The notes: generated by a model from the sequence alone, not told the origin. Counted from the stretch's first letter, positions 11,871 to 23,766 are shown. The stretch is 64,000 nucleotides of DNA from Rebecca billardiae RCC1528 (GCA_965240325.2 OZ251245.1:62001-126000); one strand, 5' to 3'. A program made the numbers and translations.

Positions 11871-13330
11871 CTCGGCAAGGCCACTAGGCCGCGCACACCG
11901 GCCCGGGCGACCACATCCACTACCTGCACTACGGCATCAACTTGAACAGCCTCGGACGACGACGACACGGGCAACTACATGATGACCAAGGCCGACGACG
12001 ACTGCAAAACAGCGGCATCCCCGGGCGCCTACTACCTCAGTGACCGTGTGATCAGCATCGGTTACGACGACTCCCTCACCCGCGGCCAACGCGCTCCGAC
12101 ATCCTCCATTAACTCCATTCAGTACTTCGACAGACGAATCAGGAGAGCTGCGCCCTCGTGCCTGTGTCTTTAAATCATAGAATTAGTCACCGGGTCACAT
12201 TAGCGCAATTCGCGTACCCACTTACGCGCTCGATAGCACAAAAACCGCTCGTCGTTCGGTCCAAAACCGCTCGTCGTTCGGCGCTTTGCGTACTCACATT
12301 CGCGCAAATCGCATCGGCGCATTCGTCGTGTCGCGAGTTCAACTTCAAATTCACACGATCCGTCACTTTCTCGCTAGACAATTCACGAGCGAAAGGGCGC
12401 GCTGATATTGGCACGCGGGTATCATCTTGCATTGGACTACGAGCATCGGAGCACCTCGCGCGGCCTCGGCGCCTCGCGTCGACGACGTCCCGTGCAGGAC
12501 ACATGCGAAGAGCCCACGCCATTCCAAGGGTCGCCCTTGATTGACGTCTCGTTGGGTCGCGCGACGAGCGGCTCGCGTGCGGCGCCACTAGGCACTAGCG
12601 AGCGACGCGGGGCGCGCGGCGGGCGCACGCGCGAGGCTGCCCACCACGCGCACGCGCGCGAACCCGCCGGCTCCGGCGACACGCGCCGCCTCAGCTCGAG
12701 CATGAGCGCAAGGCGTGGCGCCTGCTCGGTGGGCGGCGGACGGCTCGACCTGCACTGCGGTGCCAGCGGATGAAGCGGCAAGCCCGGCGGGCGCATACGC
12801 GCAGGTCCCGGCCCTCCACGCGCGAGCGCGCGATTGCGTGTTCCACGAGCTGCAGCAGGCGGCCGTGGGCTGGTCGGCCGGCGAGGTCGGCGGAGTGCCG
12901 CCCGGCCCGCGTTCTCGCTTGGGCGCGGGCCACACTCTCACTCACAGCGCGGGGCGTGGTGCTGCGGACGGGCCAGTCATTGCAGCGCGCACTCCGTCAG
13001 TCCGTGGTCAGACGTGCACACGCGCGCGCGTCGTCAGCCCCGCCGCTGCGCCCCTGTGGCGCCGTTGGCAGCGTCGGAATTCCGAGCTCGGGCTACTGGC
13101 TGCGAGCCATCATGCGTTTCAGAAACAGGTTTCCAGCCCAAGTTGACGCGCAGCGCCAACCCATATAAGAGACGCACACAGCTCAGGCAACAGTACAGTA
13201 TCGACAGTATACGTTTACTAATTACTACTAGTACATACGCGACAGTACACGGTACTACATATCACGGCACATGCCTATGCTATACGGCGGTGCTGCGGAC
13301 AGCGGGCGTAGTGTTCGCGACGAACGCGGG

Positions 13331-16096
13331 CTAGCCGCTCGACGGCACGACCGGCGCGAGGCAGTCGCGCCGCCCGCGGCCGCCGGCGGCGCCGGCGGCG
13401 CCGCCGCCCTCGCCCTCCGCCGCCGCCGCCGCCGCGGGCGGCGCGTCCGCGGCGGCGCGGCGCGCGGCGCTTCGCGTGAGCAGCACGCCCGAGCGCGCGC
13501 GGCGCAGCGCGGCGTGCCAGTGCGCGCTCGCGCCCGCGTCGGCGGCGTGCTCGAGCACGTCGGAGCTCTGCGCGCGCTGCTGCGCGCCGGCGAGCCCAAA
13601 GCGCGCGACCACGCGCCGCTGCGTCGAGTGCGCGCCCGCCTCGTGCCGCCGGCGCGCCGCCTCCTCCTCGGCGAGCTTGCGCGCCTTGAGCGCGCCGATG
13701 GTCTCCGCCAGCTCGGGGTGCGTGCGCTGCAGCCCCGCCCACGCGTCCGCGTACAGCACCATCAGCTTCACGTAGTCCGACGCCTCGACCGAGGCGGAGG
13801 TGGGCGCGCCTTCGAGCAGCGAGCGCTCTCCGAAGAAGTCGCCCTGCCCGAGCCGCGCGACCACCTCCGAGCCCGCCAGCACGTTCATGTGGCCCTCGGT
13901 GATGAGGAAGAGGCCGGGCGCGGCGCTCGCGCCCTGCTCGATCACGCGCTCGCCCGGCAGCACGATCAGCTGCTTCATGTGCGCGATGATGGTGCACACC
14001 GTCGCGGTGGGCAGCGCTCTGAACAGCTCAATCTGCGTGAAGAGCCGTCGCTGCAGGCTGATCAGCACCTGCAGCCGCAGCGCGGACGGCAGCTCGCGCA
14101 GCAGCCACTGCTCGTCGTCCGAGCGGCTGTGCGTCCACGTGTACTCGGCGTACGAGAGGACCTGCCGCGAGACGGAGGGCGGCGTGCGCTTCTGGTGCAG
14201 GAACGAGCGCAGCCGGTCGATCCGCTGCCGCACCTGCGCCTGCGCAGCGTCCATGTTGCACAACGCGCTCGAGGCCGAGCCGATCACCGCCGCGGTCGCA
14301 AACACGCCGATCACGGTGACCACCGCGTTGAACAGCGCCTCGTGCCAGCCGTGCGGCTCGAAGTGGACGGGCGCGCCGCCCGACATCGACGCGACCGCCC
14401 AGAAGTAGGCGAACGAGTACTGCGCAGTGCACAGCGCGCAGTGCGCAGCGCGCAGCGCGCGCGCGCGTGGCGGGCGGGCGGGCGGGGCGCGGGCGCGTGT
14501 CGTCACGCGCACACGGGCGCGCGCGTGCACGCATGGCGCGCCCCAGGCCACCCCCGCGGCGCAGGGCGTGAGGGCGTCGGCGCGCCAGCCCCCCACGCCC
14601 GCACCTGGTCGAGGAAGAGCGCCACCCGGCTCATCGCCTCGAGGTCGCGCGGCCGCCCGAACGCGTCGTCGGCCATCAGCAGCGGCACGCCGCCCTCGGA
14701 CACGTCCGCCTTGAAGAAGCGCACCGCGTACCTGGGGGCAGAGAGGGCGCGGTGGCGGTGGGAGGCGTAGCGGGCAGTCAGCGCGCGCGCGGGCGCCCTC
14801 AGGACGAGCGCCCACACCGCGCACCGCGCGCGCGCGCGCCGTGCGCGTGCGGCTGACCACACGCAGCCGAGCCAATGCCACATGAAGAGCAGCAGCATCA
14901 CGAGGCGGCCCAGCCGCAGCACAGCCGGGTCGGTCATGGTGAGGTGCGCCTCGAGGCCCTTCAGCGCGCGGCTGGCGCGCAGCAGCCGGACCAGCTTCAC
15001 CACGCGGATCGCGCGCAGCACGCGGTTGAGCCGCGCCGCGCCGTCGCCGCCCGCGCCCTCGGCTGCGCCGCCCGCCGCGCCCTGCCGCGCGGCCAGCAGC
15101 AGGTCAAAGGGGAACGTCGAGAGAACGTCGAGCACGAACCAGCCGCGGAGGTAGTGCGCCGCGATCGGGCGCAGCGAGAGCACCACCGACTGCGCCATCG
15201 ACGTCGGGTCCACGTGCCTGCGGCGGGCGCGCGCCGCGGCGGGGAGGGGGGCAGGGCGCGCGCGCGGTTGGGCGGCGCGCGCGGCCGACCGCGCACGGCG
15301 CGCGCGCCGACGGGCGTCGCCGCGCACCGCGTGCGCGCGCGCGCCCCAGCCCCAGTGGGCCACACCTGTAGCCCGAGACGAAGCTGAGCAGAATGTCCAG
15401 CCCAAAGTACACGTCCACCACGCGGTCGGCGATCGTCTGCGGGGCGCGCGCGGCGGGAGGGCGGGGCAGGCCGCGTCAGAGCCGCGCGCCGCGCCAAGCG
15501 CAGCCGCAGCCGCAGCCGCAGCCGCAGCCGCAGCCGCAGCCGCGGCCGCGCGTGCGCCCACCAGCGGGAAGAGCACGTCCGGGTACTCGGCGCCGAACGC
15601 GAGGCGCACGGGCACGGTGATCGACGAGACGAGCACGGCGAGCACCATCGCCCCGTCCCAGTAGCTCCGGACCTTGGAGTCCGGGTGGATCACCACGGCC
15701 GCCTCGCACGACCGCAGCGCGCGCGCGCACGCGCCTCCGCCGCCCTGCGCGTCGCCCCAGCCGCCGCCGCCGCCGCGCTGGCTCGCGTCGGTCGCGCCGC
15801 CCAGCGACGCCAGCCCGCTTGCGCGGCGCGAGATCAGCGGCGTGCGCGGCAGCACGCTGCTCCCGCCCCGCGCGCCGCTGCCGCCCGCCGGCGCCACGCC
15901 GTCCGCGCCCGCCGCGCCCACCGCGGCACCGCCCAGCTTGGCGCGCTCACGCTCGATGGCGGCGAGCAGCGCGTTGAGCTCCTTGTTCGACTTGAGCGCC
16001 TCGCCGACCTTGTCGCTCGTGATGACCGTCGAGCGCCTCGGCGCGCCCCGCCCCTCGCCCGCCACGCCCACGCCCTCCGCGCCCTCGCCCCCAAAC

Positions 16097-16133
<37 letters not shown>

Positions 16134-16306
16134 TTTCGCGCCGCGCGGGCGAGGCGCGCGACGAGGGCCGCGAGGAGCGCGGGGAGCGGCCCCAGCGGGC
16201 GGAGCGCGCGGAGGGCGAGCGGAGGTTGGCCGCGACGCGCGCCGGCGCGGCCGAGCCAATCGAGGCCAGCCGCCGCGCCACGCTCGAGTCGCGCAGCGCG
16301 CCGAGC

Positions 16307-16340
<34 letters not shown>

Positions 16341-16884
16341 CGCGCGCCTCGCCGTCCGCCCACGGCGCGCGCGGCGACGGCGGTGCAGAGCCGCGCGGCG
16401 AGTCGCGCGGCGTGCTGGGCGCGGCGGAGGGCGTCTGGCTGCCGGCGCGCTCGTGCTCGCGCGCGGAGCCGATCGTGCGCACGAGCGCGCACACCGTCGG
16501 CTGCCGCTCCGCCGCGGCCGCCGAGAGGCGGCCGCCGTCTGCGCGGGGCCCGCGCATGGCGTCGGCGTCGTACACGGCCACCGTGAGGTCGTCGGCGTCC
16601 TCCGCATCCGGCGGGATCACGGTGAGCCCGCGCACGCTCGACGCCCCCGCCCCGTCGCGCGCCGCGGCGGCGCCGGCGGTTCCACGGTCGTCGCCGTGCG
16701 CCGCCGCGCCCGTCGCTCTGGCGATGCGCTCGAGCAGCGCCTGCTGCGCGGCGACGGCGCGCTGGAGCTCGGCGAGCGCGTCGATGACGGCGCTCAGCTC
16801 CGTCGCGGGCGGCGCGGCGGAGGCGGCCGCCGCGCCGCCCTCGCCCGCCGCGTCCCGGCTGGCGGGCGGCGCCTGCTGCGCCAT
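13331..16884 (-). CDS. Cyclic-nucleotide-binding-domain voltage-gated cation channel (HCN/CNG/KCNH-like); exons 16884-15562, 15436-15366, 15217-14858, 14731-14605, 14419-13331
   Basis: IHPDSKVRSYWD; IAAHYLRGWFVLDVLSTFPFD; S4 RLNRVLRAIRVVKLVRLLRASR; MWHWLGCVW; C-linker LRELPSALRLQV; CNBD GQGDFFGE. Four GT-AG introns restore the frame. Confidence 0.9.
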
Positions 16885-17171
16885 CGTTGCTGCCTGGCAG
16901 CCCCTTCCGCCGCCAGCTGCCACTGACGAACCGGTACCGGCTGATGGGCAACTGTGGGTTCACTATCATATCTATCTAGATTCTAGATTGAAGATACCTG
17001 CTTTGATGTACCGACAATGGCTGGTCCTCTGGTACCACGAGAACTCGAGAATCGGGCGCAGGATCCGACTCTTAGTCTTGCAACTCCCCAGGCCGCTCGA
17101 GCGCCACTGCCCCCGCCGCGGCTGCGGTCCGGCCAGCCCAGTCAGCGCCCCATCTGCCCGAGGCAGCGCCA

Positions 17172-18230
17172 CTACCGCGGCGGCAGCCCGGCCAGCGCCT
17201 CGTCGACCGCGTGCAGCAGCGCGGCCGCAGTCGGGCGGCGCGCGGCGTCCCTGGCGAGCGCGCTCTGCAGGATGGCGAGCGTGGGGGCGGAGGGGGGCGG
17301 GCGGTCGGGGGGCAGCGCCCAGCGCGCGTCGAGCACGGCGAGGAGCGAGTCCTCGAACGGCATCTTGAGGAACAGCAGCCTGTACAGCAGCACGCCCAGC
17401 GCCCACACGTCCACGGCCGGGCCGAGCGCGCGCGCGCCCGCGGCCGCGGCCGAGCGCACGTCCGCGAGCTCGGGCGCGCGGTACGCGAGGGTGGTGGTGG
17501 CGTCGAGGCGCTCCTGCTCGGCGGCGAGCTCGCGCGCGGGGCGGTCGGCCAGGCGGATCGGCCCGCGCACCGCCGAGCCAAAGTCGCACAGCACGAGCGG
17601 CGGCAGCTCCGCGGGCGGCGGCGCGGCGGCGCCACCGGCGGCGGCGCCGCCGCCGCCGCGGGCGCCGCCGGCGCGCGCGGGCGTCGGCGGCCCGCTGAGC
17701 AGCACGTTCTCCGCCTTGAGGTCGAGGTGGAGGATGGGCGGGCTGCGCGCGTGCATGTGCGCCACCGCCGACGCCACGCCGCGGAACGCGCGCAGCGCCG
17801 CGCCCTCCCCGAGCGGCACGCCGCGGCGCGCGGCCAGCGCCTCGACAAGACGGCCGCCCGCGCACAGCTGCGTCGCGAGCAGCAGCTCGGGGTGCGGGCG
17901 CGCGGGGGAGGGCTCGAGCTCGGCGGCGGCGAGGAGGCGTACGATGTGCGCGTGCGGCGCGAGCTCGCGCAGCAGCTCCGCCTCCAGCCGGCCGTTGCTC
18001 CCGCCGTCCTCGTCCGGACGGATCACGACGCGCTTGAGCGCGACCCGCTCGCCCGAGGCTTCGTCGACGCGGAGCTCGACGAGGGAGAAGGCGCCCTCGT
18101 CGAGGGGCGCGAGGTGGCGGAGGGTGCGCCCGCCCACGCGCAGCGGCGGCTGCCGCCCGCCGCCGCCCGCGCCGCCCGCGGGCAGGAAGGCGGCGAGGCA
18201 GTCGGAGAGGCCCGGCAGCAGCCACGCCAT
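17172..18230 (-). CDS. NAK-family (STK16/AAK1/GAK-like) Ser/Thr protein kinase
   Basis: DEGAFSLV, VALKR, HLDLKAENVLL, LCDFGSA, TTTLAYRAPEL and DVWALGVLLY motifs; intronless. Confidence 0.88.
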   Translation of the reverse strand: MAWLLPGLSDCLAAFLPAGGAGGGGRQPPLRVGGRTLRHLAPLDEGAFSLVELRVDEASGERVALKRVVIRPDEDGGSNGRLEAELLRELAPHAHIVRLLAAAELEPSPARPHPELLLATQLCAGGRLVEALAARRGVPLGEGAALRAFRGVASAVAHMHARSPPILHLDLKAENVLLSGPPTPARAGGARGGGGAAAGGAAAPPPAELPPLVLCDFGSAVRGPIRLADRPARELAAEQERLDATTTLAYRAPELADVRSAAAAGARALGPAVDVWALGVLLYRLLFLKMPFEDSLLAVLDARWALPPDRPPPSAPTLAILQSALARDAARRPTAAALLHAVDEALAGLPPR

Positions 18231-18340
18231 CGCTCGGCCAGCCGCTGCTCACCGAAATTGAAAATTCGGGCAGAAAATCTGAAGATTGGACCGCCCATAA
18301 TCCGCATGCAATCGCCATCGGCGAACACCACGCGTCGACG

Positions 18341-19303
18341 ATGGCGCCCCGGCGCGCGCCGCGCCTCGCGCTCCTCCCGCCCCTCCTCGCCCTCGCCGCG
18401 CGCGCACACCTCGTGTACGACAACCCGGAGCGCTCGGACGACGCGCTCGGCCGCACCAAGTCGCTCTCCGTCGTCGTGTGGAGCCCCGAGGCCGAGGCGC
18501 CCGTCGAGCTCGTGCTCGTGACGCAGGAGGAGTGCCCGGTCCGCTTCCACTCCGCGTTCCTCTCGCCGGACGACGAGGAGTACGACGAGGAGGAGGCGGC
18601 GGAGGGGCTCCCCCCCGGCTTCCCCTACGGCTTCGACGGCGACGGCGCCACCGAGATCGACTGGGCCGGCCTGTCCTCGGACGAGCTCGAGGTGCAGGAG
18701 GAGGCGGTCGACTGTTACGCCGACCTCGAGTTCCTGCTCGGCTTCCCCGAGCTCAGGGCGGACGAGGCGGCGCTGCAGCCGTTCCTCGACGGGCTGCTGC
18801 GGCAGGAGAAGATCCGCGTGCCCGGCGCCGACGACGACGACGCCGACGACGACGGCTGGGCCGCCGACGCCGAGGGCGAGGAGCCCCCCGCCCCGGAGCA
18901 GATCGACCTGAGCGAGCCCGACCACGAGGCGCTGCTCGGCCGGCTCGGCGCGCTGCCCGGACTCGGGCCGGAGGGCGCCGCGGCGGTGGTGGGGCATCTG
19001 CGCGCGCACGGGCCGCTCGGCTCGCTCGACGAGCTCTTCAACGTGCAGGGGCTCAGCGGCGAGCAGGTGCGCGCGCGCGCCGCTCGCCGCAGCCAGCCGC
19101 GCGCCGTGCGCTCAGCCGCGCGCCCGCGCGCGCGGCCGCGCCGGCCGCAGGTGCTGCTGCTGCACGTGACGTGCACGCTGGGCGGCGCGGACGCCGACTG
19201 GGGCGCGGCCGAGGGCGGGGACGACGCGGCCGCCGCCGCCGAGGCGGGCACTGGCGAGGGCCGCGCGCACGACGCAGACCGCCTGCTGCGCGACGAGTTG
19301 TGA
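18341..19303 (+). CDS. ER-lumenal acidic protein with ComEA-type helix-hairpin-helix domain; intron 19067-19150
   Basis: Signal peptide RLALLPPLLALAARA; HhH2 LGALPGLGPEGAAAVVGHLRAHGPLGSLDELFNVQGLS; C-terminal RDEL; in-frame 84-nt GT-AG intron. Confidence 0.75.
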   Translation: MAPRRAPRLALLPPLLALAARAHLVYDNPERSDDALGRTKSLSVVVWSPEAEAPVELVLVTQEECPVRFHSAFLSPDDEEYDEEEAAEGLPPGFPYGFDGDGATEIDWAGLSSDELEVQEEAVDCYADLEFLLGFPELRADEAALQPFLDGLLRQEKIRVPGADDDDADDDGWAADAEGEEPPAPEQIDLSEPDHEALLGRLGALPGLGPEGAAAVVGHLRAHGPLGSLDELFNVQGLSGEQVRARAARRSQPRAVRSAARPRARPRRPQVLLLHVTCTLGGADADWGAAEGGDDAAAAAEAGTGEGRAHDADRLLRDEL

Positions 19304-19709
19304 ATGGCGGCCGGCTCGGGTCACTGTCGGGGACGTCCATCAGCACAGGGGTACGTTCAGCAGACTTGAGCGCTCGATCTGATGCCGATCGAAGGACGAC
19401 TGCTATATACGACCAGGATGATGAGAAATGAAACGACGCGCGCTGCTATACTACGACTCACTGCTATACTACGACTCCGACTACGCGCGCGCGCGCTGAG
19501 CTATATTCAGACGTACTAGCTGAAAGCTGCGTCGTAGCAGAGGCCGCCGGTCATACCCTCGTCCGCCCCGCCGGGGCCCCGCGCCGGCCAGTGACTGCAC
19601 GAGTGCCAGTGCTCAACAAGGCGGGGCCGCGGGCGGCACTCATTATTCGACGAACAGTCTCAGCCTGATCGCGTTGACGATATTACAGCTGCGCTGATGA
19701 TGGTACAGT

Positions 19710-22059
19710 TCACTTGGCGGCGCGCTTGCGCGGCGAGGGCTTGGTCTCGTCCGCGCCCCGCTCCGCTTTCACCTCCGGACTCGCGCCCGCCGCCCCCGCC
19801 TGCAGGGCGCGCTTGATGCCGCCGCTGCCACCGCCGCCCTGCTTCGGCGGCTGCTTTGCGCGGGGCCGCGGTGGCGACACCGCCGCGCCCGCCTCCCCGC
19901 CCTCCTCCTCCTTGGGCGCCGCGGAGGCGGAGGCGGGCTCCTTGCCCGGCGTTCCCGGCTTGTACTTGGCGTATGCCTCCGCCATCCGGCCCATGTTCTC
20001 CTTCGAGGCGCTCTCGTGCAGCACGATGCGCGCCGGGTAGTCCTGCCCCACGCGGCAGCCCCACTGCGGCGCGGGCAAAGGGCGCCGGGCGCGCGCGCGG
20101 GGCGCGGCGCGGCCGGGGCGCGGGCGTCGGCGCGCGTGCGCGGCGGCGCGCGGCCGCCGTGCGCCACCGTGCGCCGCGCGGCGCGCGCCTGCCGCGGGGG
20201 CCGCGCACCTTGCGCTGGTCCGCGATCGGCGCCTTCCACGGCTCGAAGAGGAACTTTGTCGGGTAGCGCGCCAGCTCGGGTACGTACCGCCGCACGTACG
20301 CGCCGTCAGCGTCCCACTTCTTGCCGAACGCCACGGGCGAGTAGCAGCGGAAGTACTGCGGGCGCAAGGGGGCGAGGGGAGCGCGGCGGCGAGGTGAGCG
20401 GCGCGGGGCGCGCGCGCGGCGGGACTCGCAGATCGGCGGCGCGGGCGTGCGGCGCGCGTGCCCCCGCCCCGTCGGCACGCGCACGCGCGTCGCCACCCCC
20501 CGCGCCGCACCGCCCGCGCCGCGCGCCGCGCGTCGGCGGCGGCACCGCAGCGGGCGGCGCGCGGAGCGTCCGCGCGCGCGCGCGCGCGGCCGCGTGCCCC
20601 ACGGGGGTGCGCGGGCGTGCGCGGGCGTGCGGTGGCGTGCGCCGCTGCTGCGCACCTGGTAGAAGAAGCACGAGCACGAGAGCCACATCCAGTTGCCCGC
20701 GTTGAGCGCCCAGTCCCAGTCGACTAGCCGCTCCTCGAAGACGCGCGCGCCCTCCTCCCACGAGATCCACAGGTCGCCGCGCGTGAGGAAGCACGCCACC
20801 GCGTGCCGCGCCAGGTGGTGCACCCAGCCCTCCTGCGCCAGCTGGCGCATCACGGCGTCGATCCACGGGTAGCCCGTGCGGCCCTCGCGCCACGCGGCGA
20901 GGTGCGCGGCGGCGTGCGGGTCGGTGCGGACGGGGCGCCACGGCACCTGCCGGCAGATCGGGTTCCCCTCCATCACCTCGTACGCCGGGCCCACCGCCTT
21001 CCCCGCCGCCATGTAGAACTCGCGCCACAGCAGCTGGCCGGCGAGGGACACGGGCGGCTCCGAGGGCGAGCGCACGCCGGCGCCGCGCGTCGCCGCCGCC
21101 AGGTCGAGCCAAAACTTGCGAGGGGAGAGGCAGCCGAGCGCGAGGTACGGCGAGAGCACCGTCGTCGCGCGCGTCGTGCCCGACGCAGCACCCGCGCCGC
21201 CCGCCGCACCGCCGCCGCCGCCGCCGCCCGCCGCGCCGCGCGCGCCACCCGCCGCCGCCCCGCCCGCCGCCGCGGCCGCGGCCGGGTTGGCGAGGGCAGC
21301 CGGGTTGGTCTTCGGCTTCTCGAACGAGGCGGCCCAGCGGCCGGCGTCGAGGGCGAGGTGCTCGGCGAGCCGGCGGAGCGCCTCGCGCTCGCCCCCCGGG
21401 AAGAGCGTCGGCGCCCCCTCCAGCCCGGGCGCGAGCTCCGCCGCGTCGGGCGGCGCGCAGCGGCCGTCGCCGAGCGCGGCCGCGGCCGCGCCGGGCGGCG
21501 GGATGGCGTGCGGCGTGGGCGCGAGCGTCATCGGGTGGCGGCGGACGACGGCGGCGAACTGGCGCTGGAACGCGGCGTACACCGTGACCGGCTTCCCGCC
21601 CGCCTCGCGCAGCAGCTCGTCGAGCGGCACCATCGTGTGACCCTCCGCCTCCACCACCGCCACGCCGCGCGCCGCCGCCGCGCGCCGCACCGCCGCGTCG
21701 CGCCGAATCGCGCGCGGCTCGAGCTCGTCCTTCTCGTAGACGAGGCGGGTGGCGCCGCACGCCGCGAGCGCGCGCGGGATCTCCTCCTCCGGCGCGCCGC
21801 GCAGCACGATCAGCCGCGAGCCCTTCTCGCGCAGCGACGCGTCCAGGTCGGTCAGGCACTGCGCGAGGAAGCGGAGCCGCACCGCGCCGCCCGCCCGGCC
21901 GGACGCGACGTCGGCGGGGTCGAGGCAGTAGACGGGGTACACGTGCGCGGCGCCCTGGCACGCCGCGACGAGCGCGGGCGAGTCGTGCAGCCGCAGCCCC
22001 TTGCGGAACCAGAGCAGCGCGCTCACGGCGTGCGTGGTCGCCGTCATGGGTGGCGCCAT
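19710..22059 (-). CDS. UVR3: (6-4) photolyase / animal-like cryptochrome; exons 22059-20656, 20355-20209, 20063-19710
   Basis: WFRKGLRLHDSPAL; TTVLSPYLALGCLS; GQLLWREF; WREGRTGYPWIDA; GWVHHLARHAVACFLTRGDLWISWEEG; NAGNWMWLS; YFRCYSP; EPWKAP; basic C-terminal tail. Confidence 0.93.
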
Positions 22060-22353
22060 GAGACCGGCGCAGCTTCGCGCGCCTTCGCCTCGGCGAAGCT
22101 TGTGGCCGCCCAAATTCTTTACGACTTCGATCTGTTTTTATTGATCGATGGATGCAGGATAGATGATTCTTCTTATCTCGCGGCACGTTCACGTTGCGAC
22201 GGTCGGACACGAGGACGACGCGTCGAGCTGCTTTCTGCGTTGCTGCGACGCGGACCGTCGCGATCGAGCGCCCGGCTCGCATCGATCCCGGGCGGAGGCT
22301 GCCTTGCCCCGCCGCCGGCCGGCCACCCGCTGCGGCACTCGCGCACGCCCAGC

Positions 22354-22972
22354 TCACGGGCACGCGCTCACGAGCGCGGCGCGGCGGAGCGGCGCGCGGC
22401 GCGGCTGACCCACGCGGCCGCGCGCCGGCAGCTCCGTCGGCGCCGCGCGCCGGCCGCGCGCGCCGCGCGCCGGCCGCGGCTGCGGCGGCTGCGGCGGGTC
22501 GGTCTCGAGCTCGGCGGCCGCCTCGACGTCGCTGCCCTCGTCGTCCGACGCCGGACCCCGCCGGCCGCGCCGGTCCGGCTTCCCCGGACTGAGCAGAGTC
22601 CGGCCGGGGCCATCACTCAGCGGGTCTTCGTCCGCGTCGGGCGGTGCGGTGCTGAACTCGGCGCCGCCGTCGGCGGGGGCGCCCGCCGCGCCGGCGCACG
22701 CGCGCTCCGTGCACCGCGCCGTCGTCGCCACCGACCCCTCCTCCGCCGCCTCCGCGCCGCCGACGTCGCCGTCGTCCGTCGCTTTGAGGTGCGCGAACGT
22801 CGCGGCCAGACCGGCGCCCGCGCTGCTCAGCTCGAGGCGGCGGCGGCGCGGCCCGGCGGCGCGCGCTCGGCCGCCGCGCGGCGGCGGCGCGCGCCCCGCC
22901 GCATCCTCCTCCGACGCCTCCGCCTCCTCCTCGCCGCCGCTCTCGCCCTCGCTCTCGTCCGAGCCAGACGAC

Positions 22973-23003
<31 letters not shown>

Positions 23004-23766
23004 GCGCGCGCTCGGCGGAGAGCGGCGAGGGCAGCCGCTCGTGCGGAGGGCGGCGGCGGCGGCGCTCGGCGGGCGGCGGCGGGCTCTCGAGCCCGCGCAC
23101 GTCGATCACCGGCTCGGCCAGCCCCTTGCTCCGCGCGTGCGCCTCCGCGAGCGCGCGCAGCTGCGCCCGGCCGAGCACGAGGCCGAGGGCGGAGAGGAAG
23201 TGGCGGCGCGCGTACGGCGGCTGCGCGCCGAGCGCGGACGCCCAGCGCGCGCCCGACGCGCGCGAGAGCGAGTCCGAGGCGCACCACTGCTGGAACGACT
23301 CCGCCGCCGCGAGCCGCGCGTCCGGCGCCTCGGCGTGCGGCTGCGCGCACCACGCCGCGAACGCCTCCGCCTCCGAAGGGGCGACCTCGAGCGGCGGCGC
23401 TCCAGGCGAGCCGACGGCGGCGGCGGCCTGGTGGCCGCCGGCGACGAGGGCCTCGGTGGAGGTGGCGAGCGCGAGCTTGCCCTTCGCCTTCACGCGCTGG
23501 CGCTTGGTCGCGACGCGCGGCGCGTCCGCCGCGTCGGCGGCCGCTGCGTGCTTGAGCGCGCACGCGGACTGCTCCTCTGTCGCCTCCGAGCGCACCACCG
23601 CCTCCGCCTCCTCCTCCTCCGCCTCCTCCTCGGAGGCGGAGGCGCGCGGCCACGGGGGCGCGCGGTAGGTGTACGGGCCGAGCATGAGGACGTCCGCGGG
23701 CAGCTCCTCGGCCTCGTCGTGCGTCAGCTCGGCCAGCCCGCACTCGAGCCCCGCGCGCCGCGGCAT
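22354..23766 (-). CDS. Hypothetical low-complexity acidic/basic protein (470 aa)
   Basis: ATG-initiated ORF with coding-like GAG/GCG codon pattern, divergent from the MFS gene; central helical segment FQQWCASDSLS...RHFLSALGLVLG. Confidence 0.55.

Noticed and set aside
12440-13150. Short ORFs between the orphan island and the channel gene
   Set aside because: No ATG-initiated ORF with recognisable motifs; more likely UTR or decayed repeat.
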